Below are positions 26,108 through 37,765 of a stretch of 64,000 nucleotides of DNA, in pieces (position 1 is the stretch's first letter; each line of letters begins with the position of its first letter). The stretch covers positions 446,132 through 510,131 of the forward strand of contig NMRA01000299.1 in NCBI GenBank assembly GCA_002633005.1, given 5' to 3'. Below the pieces are notes generated by a model that saw nothing but the letters and a program-made list of their open reading frames with translations, did no database searches and had not been told where the DNA came from. The DNA is from Phoronis australis (Eukaryota; Animalia; Phoronida). The translations under genes were made by a program, and so were the position numbers.

Positions 26108-27757
26108 AGGAGAATACCACCCTATTTAATTAGTCTTTTTTATCGCCTCTTATACGGTCGACCTCACCTTGCCCAGAGGTGTCGCGGTAACCTGTGAGGA
26201 AGGTGAGAAACGACGCAGCGACGTCAGTGGTTCGTCTGCAGAGTGAATGCCGCTATATCGCGGTGCATCGGTTCCCGCTTGTCCGAACGATGAAGCTGCG
26301 AAGAAAGCGGGTATATCGTTTTCCGTGTTCCTCGAGAGCCCTAAATGCTTAGGCAGTGGCTCGAGGTAGTGAAGAATGAAAGGTACGCTGATAATAGCAA
26401 GTATGAGGCCGTGAAACATCTCCGTGTCTGTGGCCGGATTTCGTCGACAATGATTTCTCTGACGAATTCCGGCTTACCAAAGAACTATCCATATGTTCCG
26501 TTGCCTGTGCGTGTTCACGGCGCTTTTCTAGAATTTCTTGATAAGTGTATTCCGATTCGAATTGATAGCTGTGAAACCTACCGATCCGATCCGTGAAGTC
26601 TTCGTCAGATGAGCTCTTGACTAACTAAATTGGGATTGGCGCCGGGCGAGTTGCCATGTAGACGTTTATTATTCTGCGTTCTGTTTCAAAATGAATTATT
26701 ATCATCCTAACCAATGCTTATATAAAACTGAAACAAAGTCTGTCTCATTAGATACAATTTGTAATGCCTTTGCAGTATTTGTGAGTGCAATTGAGAAGCC
26801 AGTAATAAATAAACCACTGCGTTACCGGGTTTTGATACCAGCAATGACCGGGCACCGAGACCGTGTGAGCGCATGGTAATTCAATGTTTGCTGACAGAAA
26901 GCTGTTGTGAAACAATTACTCGATTTTATATCTATGGTCTTTATTCAGAAATACAAATACATTATTCAAATCACTGTTACTCAGTACAACCTTTGCTCTG
27001 ACGGTCTGTGGAAGGGGAACCCGACTTTGCCGCCCCCGACAATTAGTAAGTAGATTTTCAGTTTCATGGCTAATTCCCATTATTTCTTCGGCTCACCATT
27101 ATAGTCTTTTCCTGACAATCGGTTTAGTTTCTAACTCAAGCTATTTTATGTTCGTGCCAGACCCGGTGGCCGCGATGGGCCTGATCAGGTTCCGAGTCAA
27201 TGGCCGGGATAACGAGTCAGTCGGCCGCGACGGGCCTGATCGGGTTACGAGCCCTGGTCGGGATATTAAGAGTTTTGTGTGTTTAGAACTCAAAAAATCA
27301 TAAGTCTAAACAACACAGTTCTGGGTTCTCCTGTCTGTATTTCACTGAAGAATATTTCGAATTTATCTCCGAACAGAACCAAACTCCTGCTATGGACCTT
27401 GGTAAATTGGCCTGCCGAACTTTGTAGGTTACGGTGTGTCCAAATAAAAATAAATCCGTAATAGCGAAATAAAACAACACGTTTTTATAAGAACTCGGTG
27501 TATTTTTAAGGGTTTTACATCGAAGTTCGATTATTTATTGGTGTTAAACGATGAATTCAAGAGATAACCTGACACCAGTAACCCGTGCTGTGAACTGCTG
27601 AGCAGACTGCGTCTGAAACCAATTACGTCATTGGATAATTTCAACACCTCCGTCTGCCGTCAGGTGTCAGATGACGCAACCAAACGTGCCGTTATCGAGT
27701 AGAATTACTCGATCTAAATTGATACAAACTGGGTTGTTTATTGGGTGGCATACTCCT
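26108..27757 (+). mobile_element. Kolobok-like DNA transposon (1.65 kb) with THAP remnant, inserted in family A repeat
   Basis: TTAA TSD at 26104-26107 and 27758-27761; TIR AGGAGAATACCACCC / AGGAGTATGCCACCC; 26247-26490 frameshifted VPACPND...GISF...QWLEVVK...RVCGR(H)FVDNDF = THAP; the host repeat rejoins across the insertion. Confidence 0.8.
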
Positions 27758-28739
27758 TTAAGTTCAAGCTGATTGAAAAAGTCTTTAATTTAACAGAAAC
27801 TGCACTTAATGACCCCAAAGTTGCACTTAGTGACCCCAGTGTTTGTGACTGAATGTTGATCATAGACGTGATTATGAAAGATCTAGCTCAAAAATCACTT
27901 TTGCACTTAATGACCTTTGACCCGGAAACTCGGTTCCCTTGATCCGATTAAATTCCAAATAAATTTTGGATGCAGATCTCTAGTGCCTACTTGTTACCAA
28001 AATTCGAAGAGTCTATCTAAAGAACTGTAGAAGAAGAAGCATTTTGACAAAATGCACTCCATGACCCGTTTCAGGTCATCCTAGTGCATTTTGGGTCAAA
28101 AAATATAATCAATATAAATCCGTTAACTATCGTATCAATCACAATGAATATCATTGTTCTAAAGGAATGAATGTAGGAGGAATAACAATATGAAAAGGAA
28201 GGAAGAAGAAGAATAAGAATAATAATAAGAAGAGCAAGAGTGAAGAGTAAGAATATGAACGGAAACTGCATCTAATGACCCCACAGGTGCACCTAATGAC
28301 CCCAAAGTTTGTGACTGAATTTCATTTACGTATGAAGACTATATACGTAATTATGTACGGTCTAGCTCAAAATTCACTTTTGCTCTTAATGACCTTTCAC
28401 CCGGAAATTTGGTTCCCTTGATCCCATTTAAATTCCAAGTAAATTTCGGATGCAGATCACTGGTGCATGCTTGCTTCGGAGAGTCTATCCAAAAACATGT
28501 AGAAGAATGAACTTGAGGGAATGCACTCCTTGACCCGTCTCGGGTCACTACGGTGCATTTTGTGTCAAATCCAAGTGACCAATAGAATTTGATCGGCAAT
28601 GGGGCTATTCGGAGAATTCTCCTCGCGGTGTCGCTGCTGTACTAGTGGTGATTAAATTGCGCATGCGTGCCTGTCTGCATGTAAACAACTGGTAAAAGAT
28701 GGAATTTTTATCAAAATACGTCGTCGCGCTAAGCCTTAT

Positions 28740-28934
28740 TACTGCTAATTTCCCTGGTGCAAGTCTTCGACAGGTGGCCACAAATTCCCAAAAGACCTAA
28801 GGTTACTATATTCGTGGACAATTGCGGTCAACAGGGTCAACTAACTGACAAAAAGTGTGTGGATGCTGAAGCCCCGTGTGTGCTCTATGTCTATGACTAT
28901 GCAGTTCCATTCGGAGACTACACAACATTACTTG
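28740..28934 (+). pseudogene. THAP domain remnant of the ISL2EU transposase
   Basis: YC*FPWCKSSTGGHKFPKDLRLLYSWTIAVNRV followed by a GTAAGT donor; no DDE core recognised. Confidence 0.65.
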
Positions 28935-29999
28935 GTAAGTTTTTAGCAATCAGTTTCTATCAACATCGTTCGGTGATGTTATCCCCACCAGTTACCCCAC
29001 TGAATAACAGTTTTATTGAGTGGAACTAAGTGTTTCTTTTTGGAAACTCACCCGATGCCGGGTAGGCTAGCAGCACATATTCATATTGTCCTGGGTGGGA
29101 GTGCTCCCAAAATAAGAGGTGTATGGTACGTGATGCACAGAAGTCAAGAGTGACTTTTTCACAGCAGTTTCTCTTCAAAACTATGCTGTTTCCAATAAAA
29201 TTCTCTAGATGAGTGAGTTTCCTTATTTTATCGTGGACCCCACCCCCAGGACCACCAGCTCAGTTATCGAATTAACATGAATAAGCCTTAATTCAGTAAA
29301 TGTCGTAACATTGCATTGGAAAAAAATTGACACCTAGAATGAATTTTACTTGTTGAGATCAGAAGCACATTTTAAGTGTCATGAAAAATACACATTGTTA
29401 AATCACTTTTAGCCTGTTTCACATATTTTAATTCAGATATTAAATAAGACTTGGGTACAAAGGTTATTAGTTTCTACACATAAACATGAAGATGAAATGT
29501 CAAGTATGTTCTGCCTTACAAAAGTAGTTTTGTCTTGTCTTTTCTTTTACAATTTGCTAATATTTCTATTCTGTTACAGGCAAGAAAAAACAACTGAAAC
29601 CAACCGCCTGACCATCTATTTCACCGTTGGACAAAGTGAAAAGCAATCCTTCAGCAATAACCTGAGAGAATTGAACGTAATTCAGAAATTCAGCACCTGA
29701 TATGCCTGATTATGGACTCCCTCGCAATGTTGTTTCTTTCTGTGCTTTTTCAGTTTGCCATTTGTTTTTAAATACACTGATAATTGTTTATTCTCGAATC
29801 TTGTGCATAGCAGATTCTTATCCAGCTAGCTACAATTGAAAACATACAATAAGACAATCGATGCAGTCACTGAATGTCATTTCCCCATAATCTGTACCAA
29901 ATTGAAAAGTTTTTACCAATAGTATAAAGCCTTTCTTCTGAAAGGAAAATTTAATGTCACTCAGCTTTTGGCTTTCATTTCACTGGGTTCTAGTTTCAA

Positions 30000-32025
30000 T
30001 GGCCTATAGAAGCGCTTGTAAAAAAGGTCCAGTTTCAACACGTGGCTTTCTTTCATGTAACCTCATTCAGCCTCAATAACATCCACAATTAGACCCTTGA
30101 AGGTAAACACAGCAGCATATCACTTGAATCGTTTTGAGCCCAAAATCAGACTCTGAACTAGACCAGAGTGTGACTAGGTCTTCTTTAGCTTCAGTCCCTC
30201 ATGTTTCTTCCAGGAAAGGAAATAAGCTATTGTCCACACATGACTCATTGCCTATGAAAGGGCATCCTCACCAACAAGGCTTATTTGTGTAGCAGTCAGA
30301 TATAGTTCGTCTGGATACACAGACACTCCACTGGCACATTGTCTTATGGTAACTTAGTACTGCGATTCACATTTCTCCAGGGCCACTGACTTGCACATTG
30401 TGCCATGCAGCACTGCTGGTGTGTGGAAGTGCTGTGGGAAGAGAACGGAGTAACAAAGCTTGTCTATGATACAGCTTGAAGTGGCCTTAAAATGTCACTG
30501 AACCTGGAACAAATATTGAAATATGAATAATTAAGTACTCCAGATTGGATCAAAAATGTTATCCCTGTTTTTCAAAAATATATGGTGATTGGTCTACAGT
30601 TTCACATAAAAGTAAATAATTACTATTTTCAGAAACCAAGGGTGTATATAATGAGTATTGCATAAAACTGTGTCTTTATTTTTTATCCCTAGCCATAACA
30701 ATTCTTTAAACGCATCACTTGTCTGTAAAATATACAAGTTTTTTGAGACAACTTCAAACCTTTGTTACCCATTTTCAAGCCTTTTTAATTTTGATACTTT
30801 CAGCAATTTTAAACTCAGATTACAGGTTCATGGGTCTGTCAAGCATACTTCTAGCCTAAGGTTGAGGGAACCGTTTTTCTTCTAATAGAAGATATGAAGA
30901 CTTGGGTCATTTAAAAATGATGGATAATCTTTCTGTTGTTTAAGAGTAATTACAAATCGTAAGGCACCATCAAAAATGCAATTTTCACAAAAATGGCAGT
31001 CATTTGAATTTATAACGACTTGCAACATTTCAAGGCATGAGTTAAGACTATTCAGTCACTGTGAATTCGGAAAATGTAATATATTTTCGTGGTTTTACAA
31101 TTGATACAAGTAGCAAAACAGTTTCATGAAATCAACTTGAAGGGACTTCGTGAAGGTTAAGAATTACCTCACCATGCTCTTTTCCCCAAACATGTATTAC
31201 CTGTTATTTCCACACATTCAGTTGTACCAAATATTACAACCCCCCATGCCAATCCCCCCTCGGGACCTGAATAAGTAATTTAACAAAATGACTTTAAAAA
31301 TAGCTGTTCCTTTTCAAAGGCTTTGTTCGTTGTCTCCAATATTGAAAGTAGGCTTTGACAACAGATCTGCACTGGATGGGAAGATCTTGTTGGTTAGCTG
31401 CAGTCAAATGCTAAAAACCAATTTTTGTCCATTCAGGGACGGTGCAGAAGCGATGCATATCTCCTCTGCACGGTACAAGCCTTCAAACCTAAAAACCAAA
31501 GGTTACGTGAAAACTGACGTGATAGATTTCCATTTCAACGTGTAATAGATTTCCAGAAGACATATGATAGGGAGTAAACAAATAGTCTAATGCAATGGAT
31601 ATTTATCACTCACGTACCCTTTGCCATTGGGATTGGATTGTAATCTTAACTCATTAACCTGTATCGAGTTGACAGCATAAACATTCAGCATTGATTGATG
31701 TAACTGTCACTGATAAACTTTTAGAAATCATTCCAAACAATAATAATGCTTTGATGTACGAAAAGATCCCGATTGCTACGTCAAGTATCGTATCACATAT
31801 CACAACATACAAAGATTAACCAGACTCTGGCTGGCGACTGACTGCCGCGAAGTCGACATCGGCGAGTGCCTCAGTTAACAGGCATCGGTAGAATAATCAT
31901 GGAATAATCGTAAAAATAATCACAAACCTTACCTTTGTATGAGGTCGTGCTTACTTCCTCTCATAGAAGCACCCTTTTTACGCAATCTCAGATTCAGTTG
32001 GCACGGCTGCAAGCCATTTCACCAT
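30000..32025 (-). pseudogene. spliced SAP-domain + YqaJ (lambda-exonuclease-like) gene remnant of ISL2EU
   Basis: 31933-32025 KGASMRGSKHDLIQR (SAP-like); 30000-30503 KATSS...DKLC...FHTPAVLHG...PDELYLTATQISLVGED...AVFTFKGLIVDVIE...KLDLFYKRF (YqaJ pattern); stops and frameshifts. Confidence 0.7.
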
Positions 32026-32831
32026 GTATTTAAAGGGCTCGCGAAATCGAGGCTGTTAATCTATCACCACTAGTACACGCACGCCCTCTAGTTATTGTAG
32101 ATTTTCCGAATAGTCCCATTGGTTGAACCACCATGAATTTGAACGCTCTCCGTAATTAATTAAGTACGAGGTGATTGAAAAAATCTTAAATTTAACAGAA
32201 AAGTGCACTTAATAACCCTCGAATTGAACTTCCTTTATGAATGGTAATCATATGCATGATTATGAAAGTTTTAGCTCAAAAATCACTTTTGCACTTAATG
32301 ACATTTGACCCGGAAACACAGTTCCCTTCATCCCATTGGAAATCCAGGTAAATTTTGGATGCACTTCGTTAGCATCTACTTACTTACAAAATTCAAAGAG
32401 TCTATCTAAAAACCTGTAGAAGAAGAAGCATTTAAAAGGAATGTACTCCTTGACCTGTTCCGGGTCATTCCGGTGCATTTTGGGTGAAAATATAATCAAT
32501 AAAAACCATTTCGTTATGGTATTAACCACAATGAATATGATTGTTGTTAACGAATCGATGTAAGAGTAATGACAATCTGAAAAGGAAGGAAGAATAAGAA
32601 GATAAACTACGTAGAACAGTAAAACTCTGCGCTAGCAAGCGTAGAGTAATAAAATTGAAGAAAACCCAGGAACAACAGTACTCTGCGCTTGCACGCGCAA
32701 AGTAATAATAGCTACACGTGTAAATACTACAATATAGATAAATGACGTAACCTAGAGCGTTTACAAAGAAAGCAACTGCATTCGGGGCTGGTGCAGGTTC
32801 GTATCAGCCTACGGAAAACAGTGAAAGACTC

Positions 32832-33153
32832 CATGCACGCACCCGTGGGGTATCTCGGGGGGGGGCTCGAAGAAGCCCCCCATTTGGCAAAGTGGGCAAC
32901 AAGGTTCTCCTCGGAGAAACAAAAGTCCGAGAAAACGAGTCAAAAGTCCACTAAAAAGGCGCGAATGCACAATTCACAGCTCTGACCGTGGTTTTTAGAC
33001 ACCCGTTTCCTTGTTAGTAAAAGGTCCACATTGTCAAAAATTCGATCCCGTCCACTAAAAATATTCAGCGAATGCACAATTCACATCTCTGAATGTACCT
33101 TGTTTTTACTAAAAAAATTCGAGCCACCAGTTGTTAGGCTGAGTGCGCACATG
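32832..33153 (+). mobile_element. hAT-type MITE (same family as 38876-39180)
   Basis: Degenerate TIRs catgcacgcaccc...gagtgcgcacatg; shared interior gaagccccccattt...aagtgggcaa...cctcggagaaac. Confidence 0.65.
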
Positions 33154-33389
33154 CGATGCAGTATGTTAGGCTGAGTTGTTCGGCTTTCCCGGTGCCTGTT
33201 CGTGCATTTGAAGAACGGTTCGATGCAACTAAAGACAATTTTGAACTCTACCGTGACCGTTAAGTTACTGGCACGAGGTCATTGACAATTACGTAAATCG
33301 ATTTTTGCTGTGGCACTGACACCACCCATTGGTTGAACTGCACGGGTTGCACGGCCGCAAGCTAGTTCAGCAGAAAAATGCTCTGGCTG

Positions 33390-36300
33390 TTTCTTTTTAA
33401 GTGATATATATTTATTGGAGAATACATAAAACATACAAAGAAATGACAAACCCAGAAATCGGGAAGCATTATATCTGGGTTGTAAACAATTCATAAAAGA
33501 AACTAATATATATAGAGGTATATACATTTAAGTAGTATCTAATATAAGTATCCCAAAATTTAGATATGTTATTGCGAATATGTAAAAGCAAAAACATGTA
33601 CAGATTCATGTATGGAAATCAGATGCAGCAATATTGATAAAGGGTACATAAAAATTAATTTGCAAACGTTGCTTAGGAGGAATTCATTGAGAACGGTGTG
33701 AAAGTTAGGACTACCATTCAATAATAATGTAACTTTAGTAGGGATATTATTACAAGAATTGAGAACATTAACAATTGATTGGTTTTCATTGAGTGCACGA
33801 AAGAGTGAGTCTCTCAGGTATTTGATGAGGGGGCATTTGAAGAAAATATGAGGATAAGATTGATGGTCACCACATTTACAGTTTGGAGAAACATTACTAA
33901 AGTTATGCCTAAACTTGTCAGAATTGAGGAAAAGACCACGTCTTGATATGTACAATGCTATTTCGTTATCGCGGGGAAGGGAGAATTGAGTTAAGGGTGC
34001 TGAGTTATCAAAATTGTGAAAAACAGTTCTAAAATTATTTTTTTGTACTCGTAAAAGAATTGCTTTCCTTAACAGAGACTGGAAGAGAATTCCAGTTGTT
34101 GATGCACATAATGACTGTAGACCTTCTGAATGGCTGACTGAATGACGGAGGAATTGCATATAGGGTGGAGGATCTCAAATTACTACGATGGCCTTGTCTA
34201 GTGTATAGATCAAATATTTTTTACACAGAGGCGTTGTTGACGTTGTTTATTACTTTGAAAGTAAATGTGGTCATGTGAAGATTGCGTCGAGTAGACAGTT
34301 TGGGCCACAAAGCCTCAACACTATTGAATCCCCTGTAAACTCCGGCTATGAGTAAGGCAGCTTGATACTGTAATTTCTCCAAATGTTGGAGTGCACCCGT
34401 ATTGGCCGACTAATATATGATATCACAATAATCGATGTGTGGAAGTATAAATGATTTAACAAAACTTCTAAATGTGTAGAATTCAGATGACGAGAGACAA
34501 GCTTAAGTGGGTTAATAATTTCTGATTTTTTTTGTACGATCTCCCGATCTTCACGTGTGAATGAGAGTTCTTCATCTAACAGTATACCAAGATGTCTGTG
34601 CGACTGTTTTCTAGGAATGATTTCATAATTAAGTTTAAGGTCATAAGACGGGTCAACAAGAAAGAGAGATTTGGAGAAGGTGAGGTCAACGCTATTTTCT
34701 GGTTCGAAATTCATTCTCCATTCTTGTGACCAATAGATGAGTTCATTTAAGTCGTGTTGAAGCTGCAAAGAACTTTCAGGGCTGCTCCCTGCGAAGGGGT
34801 GAAAAAAGCGCCGTGTCATCTACATAAAGGTATGTGCTACATGACAGGTTATCAAGAAGGTCATTAATATAAACCAAGAAGAAAAGAGGGACCAATACGC
34901 TACCCTGCGCTACACCTGCGTTTACAAATCCAGGAGGGGATAAAGTTGAAAGTACGCCGTCGACACGAACACTGTTTTATCGGAGAGATATGAGGTGATC
35001 ATGGTTAAAAGATTACCAGTACTGCCACAGGATCGAAGGTTGTGAAGTGAGGTCGTGAGGGACACAGTCGAAAGCAGAAGCTATATCTAGAAAAATGAAC
35101 CTGACACTCTCGCCCTTCTCAAAATGTAAATGAATGTCATGTACCATTTCAACAATGGGGGCCACGGTGCTGTTTCCAGGGAAAAAAACCAAATTGACGA
35201 TGATAGATCAAGTTGTTTTGTTTGAGACATGTGAGAATACTTTGAGCAATGATCTTCTCGAAGATTTTGGATAGGGTGTTAAGTAAAGTTATTGGGCGAT
35301 AATTTGACATTACAGTTTTGGAGTCTTTTTTGTGTATTAGGGACAATAATTCCACATTTCCAAGAAGACGGATATATACCTAGCTGAAGAAGTTTGTTAA
35401 ACAGATTGGTCAAGAGCATGGTAATTTCGTTGGCAATCATTTTGGTGATTAAAGCTGTGCCACCATTCTTATTGGGGTCAATTTTATTGAGATACTTCTG
35501 GACATCAGTTTGATTAGCCGGGATATCAGACAGTTGATTGAGACAACGTCCACGAAGAAAGGGAAAGTTACTTACTTCAGTTGGTGTTATGTGGCTTTTG
35601 TTCGTGAAAAAATTGAGAAACAGGTCACACTTGTCACTACTACTTGAGGCTACGTTACCAATGTGGTTGTTGACTGGATAAGAGGATTGTTGACTGCTGC
35701 GTATTTTATTGATGATATTCCAGTATTCTTTGGAGTTCTTGCTTGCACTGTTAATTTGTTGAAAAAGCTTGTTGGCGGTGATCAGCTTTGGTTTGATTTA
35801 TTAAAGTTTCAACCAGGCGTGACTGCTCCTTGTATCTGTTGTAGATTACAGTGTTGTTAGATCTTCTGAAAGAGCTTTAAAGTCTGTTTCTTGTGCGGAT
35901 TGCCCATTTAACATTATTGTTGAACCACGGTTGGCTGTTGTGTTTAATTGTCTTTTCAGTTTGGGATGTTGCTTTTTAAAATTTCATAGAGAGTACTAGT
36001 GAAGAGTGAAACAGTGTAATCAATGCGCCAGTGTCCAATATGGAATCCCAATCAGTGTAGTTGACATCCTGACGTAATTTCTCGGTGTCGTTCTTTAATC
36101 GTTTTTTTATGTGTTAGAGTGGCTTCGATTGTGTGGTGATCAGAATTGCCAACAGGAGGTAGTACAGAGCATGAGTCAATGATACTCAAATTGTTTGTTA
36201 TTCAGAGACCAATACATGAATAAGAAACGTCGGGGTTGGCTCATTAATTAGCTTTATGCAGTCATTAGACAATAAGATATCAAACAATTGTAGACCGGCC

Positions 36301-37765
36301 GTATGGTCATGATCATCATTGAAACATGTAGAGTTTCGGTCATTAAAATCACCATTTATGATTATACTAACGCTATTGTGGTTAAGTTCCGCTAACTGAT
36401 CGGCTAGGGCTTTGAAGTAGCTTTCTTTCAGTTGATGATTCAGAAGGTGATCGATAAAACAACCCATAGTAATTTTTTCTATGACCGAAATAAATTTCGA
36501 TCCAGCAGTTGCATAACTGAGTACTAGTTAAGCTAGGACATAATTTAAATGTGAGTGTATTTTTAGTGAATAAGATGATGACACGGCCACTGTTACTGTG
36601 ATAGACTACACTGTAACCAGGAATGATTAGTTCATTATCAAGGTCGTCCTTGGTAACATTACAAGTTTCACAAAGAGCGACAATCATATATTCGTAAGAC
36701 AGAACAAAGTTTTTGAGAAGTTGGAATCTGGAGAAATTGTTGGATTTAATGCTATTAATATTTGAAAATAAGATTTTAATGGTAGTATTGTCTTCAGGCC
36801 CAGGATTTTCTTCAACATCGCAAGCTAAAAGGAGGCACATGCCAATGACGATTCCGTAATCCAAAGAGGTGTTATGTAAACAATAGTAAGACACATCAGT
36901 AAGCTGAACCGGCATACCGTGATATCTCGTTAGATGCCCGTGAGAAGAATTGAATTGTGACCATACTGGGGAAAACATTGTAAGACCAGAGAAACTCACT
37001 CTACTCGAGGCACCCAAAGGATAGCCGGATTTAACAATTAATACACCAATGCTTATTGACATTTCAAGGGTTGTTAAATGAATAAGGTAGTCTGGACAAT
37101 TAGGGGAGTCATTTTTAAACAACATAATTATATCATAGGCTCGTTTACAGGTAAATAAATAGCAACGCAGTTGAAAAGCGCAACACATAAATTCAATCTT
37201 GGGAAACCAGTTAGCTCTGTTGCAAGTGAATACAAAACACTTACGTATTTGAAGACGTAATAAGGAAAGTCAGGTGATAATAATTGACCTAAAGACATGT
37301 ACAGATGAAATATGACCAATTGGTAACGGATAAAAGAAGGTGAAAAATAAAAGTTTCAACACTCAAATGCGCTGAAGAAAACAAAAAAATGAAGTATTGA
37401 AGATCTCTCACTATGGATAACTAAGCTGTAACACGTTTTAGAATTGATATAAGGCTATAAGTGCTTACCACTATAGGTCACCCAGTAATGACTGATTAGC
37501 TCATGTGTTCGGTGTTGTCTTTTGAATTGAAGTTAACTTTCTCACGGATAGGAACACCAGTTTTCACAGGGATTATTTGAACTTAAAACTCATTATAAAC
37601 TAAATTATGGTGACAGAAAGTGCTCAACGTGATTTTTTTCACGGACAAGATAAAACAGTAATAACTCAATTAATGTTATGGGAAACCATTCTGAAACCCA
37701 CAACAAAAATCGCATGTAGTTGTAGATTCTGCACCTGACTGACTGACAGAGAGCAGAGGAAGTGT
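33390..37765 (-). mobile_element. near-full-length decayed non-LTR retrotransposon (CR1/L2 group LINE) with 2A-like peptide
   Basis: APE (IKILFSNINSIK, ALCET, GLFYRSP, NGDFN); RT (NYRPITLLNTLSKIFEK, QFGF, GVAQGSVL, LYVDDT, HLGILLD); C-terminal NCKCGDHQSYPHIFFKC; AATAAA plus A-rich 3' end near 33390-33416; many frameshifts. Confidence 0.9.
36796..36819 (-). other. 2A-like ribosome-skipping (StopGo) core motif DVEENPGP
   Basis: GMCLLLACDVEENPGP-EDNTT matches the D(V/I)ExNPG|P consensus and lies immediately before the APE domain. Confidence 0.8.

Larger units (their letters stand above)
28601..32117. mobile_element. ISL2EU-type (PIF/Harbinger-related) DNA transposon, 3.5 kb, decayed
   Basis: 17-bp TIR GGGGCTATTCGGAGAAT / GGGACTATTCGGAAAAT; AT duplicated (28599-28600, 32118-32119) in a site that is empty in the sister repeat at about 26050. 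THAP remnant on + and SAP/YqaJ remnant on - strand, convergent. Confidence 0.8.
23248..32708 (-). mobile_element. nested/concatemeric HINE (Helentron-associated, DINE-1-like) repeat complex, family A, rich in TGACC motifs
   Basis: 1136-bp direct repeat (23260 vs 24396) and about 0.4-0.5-kb subrepeats (25690, 27760, 28250, 32118). SubTIR actctgcgcgtg next to stem-loops ttgtcacg-g-cgtgacaa and acgcaattgcgt at one end; hairpins actctgcgct...agcgtagagt and actctgcgct...acgcgcaaagt beside GAA/AAT microsatellite at the other. Confidence 0.7.

Noticed and set aside
27160-27265. About 54-bp GC-rich tandem duplication
   Set aside because: Two-copy minisatellite inside the Kolobok-like element; unremarkable.
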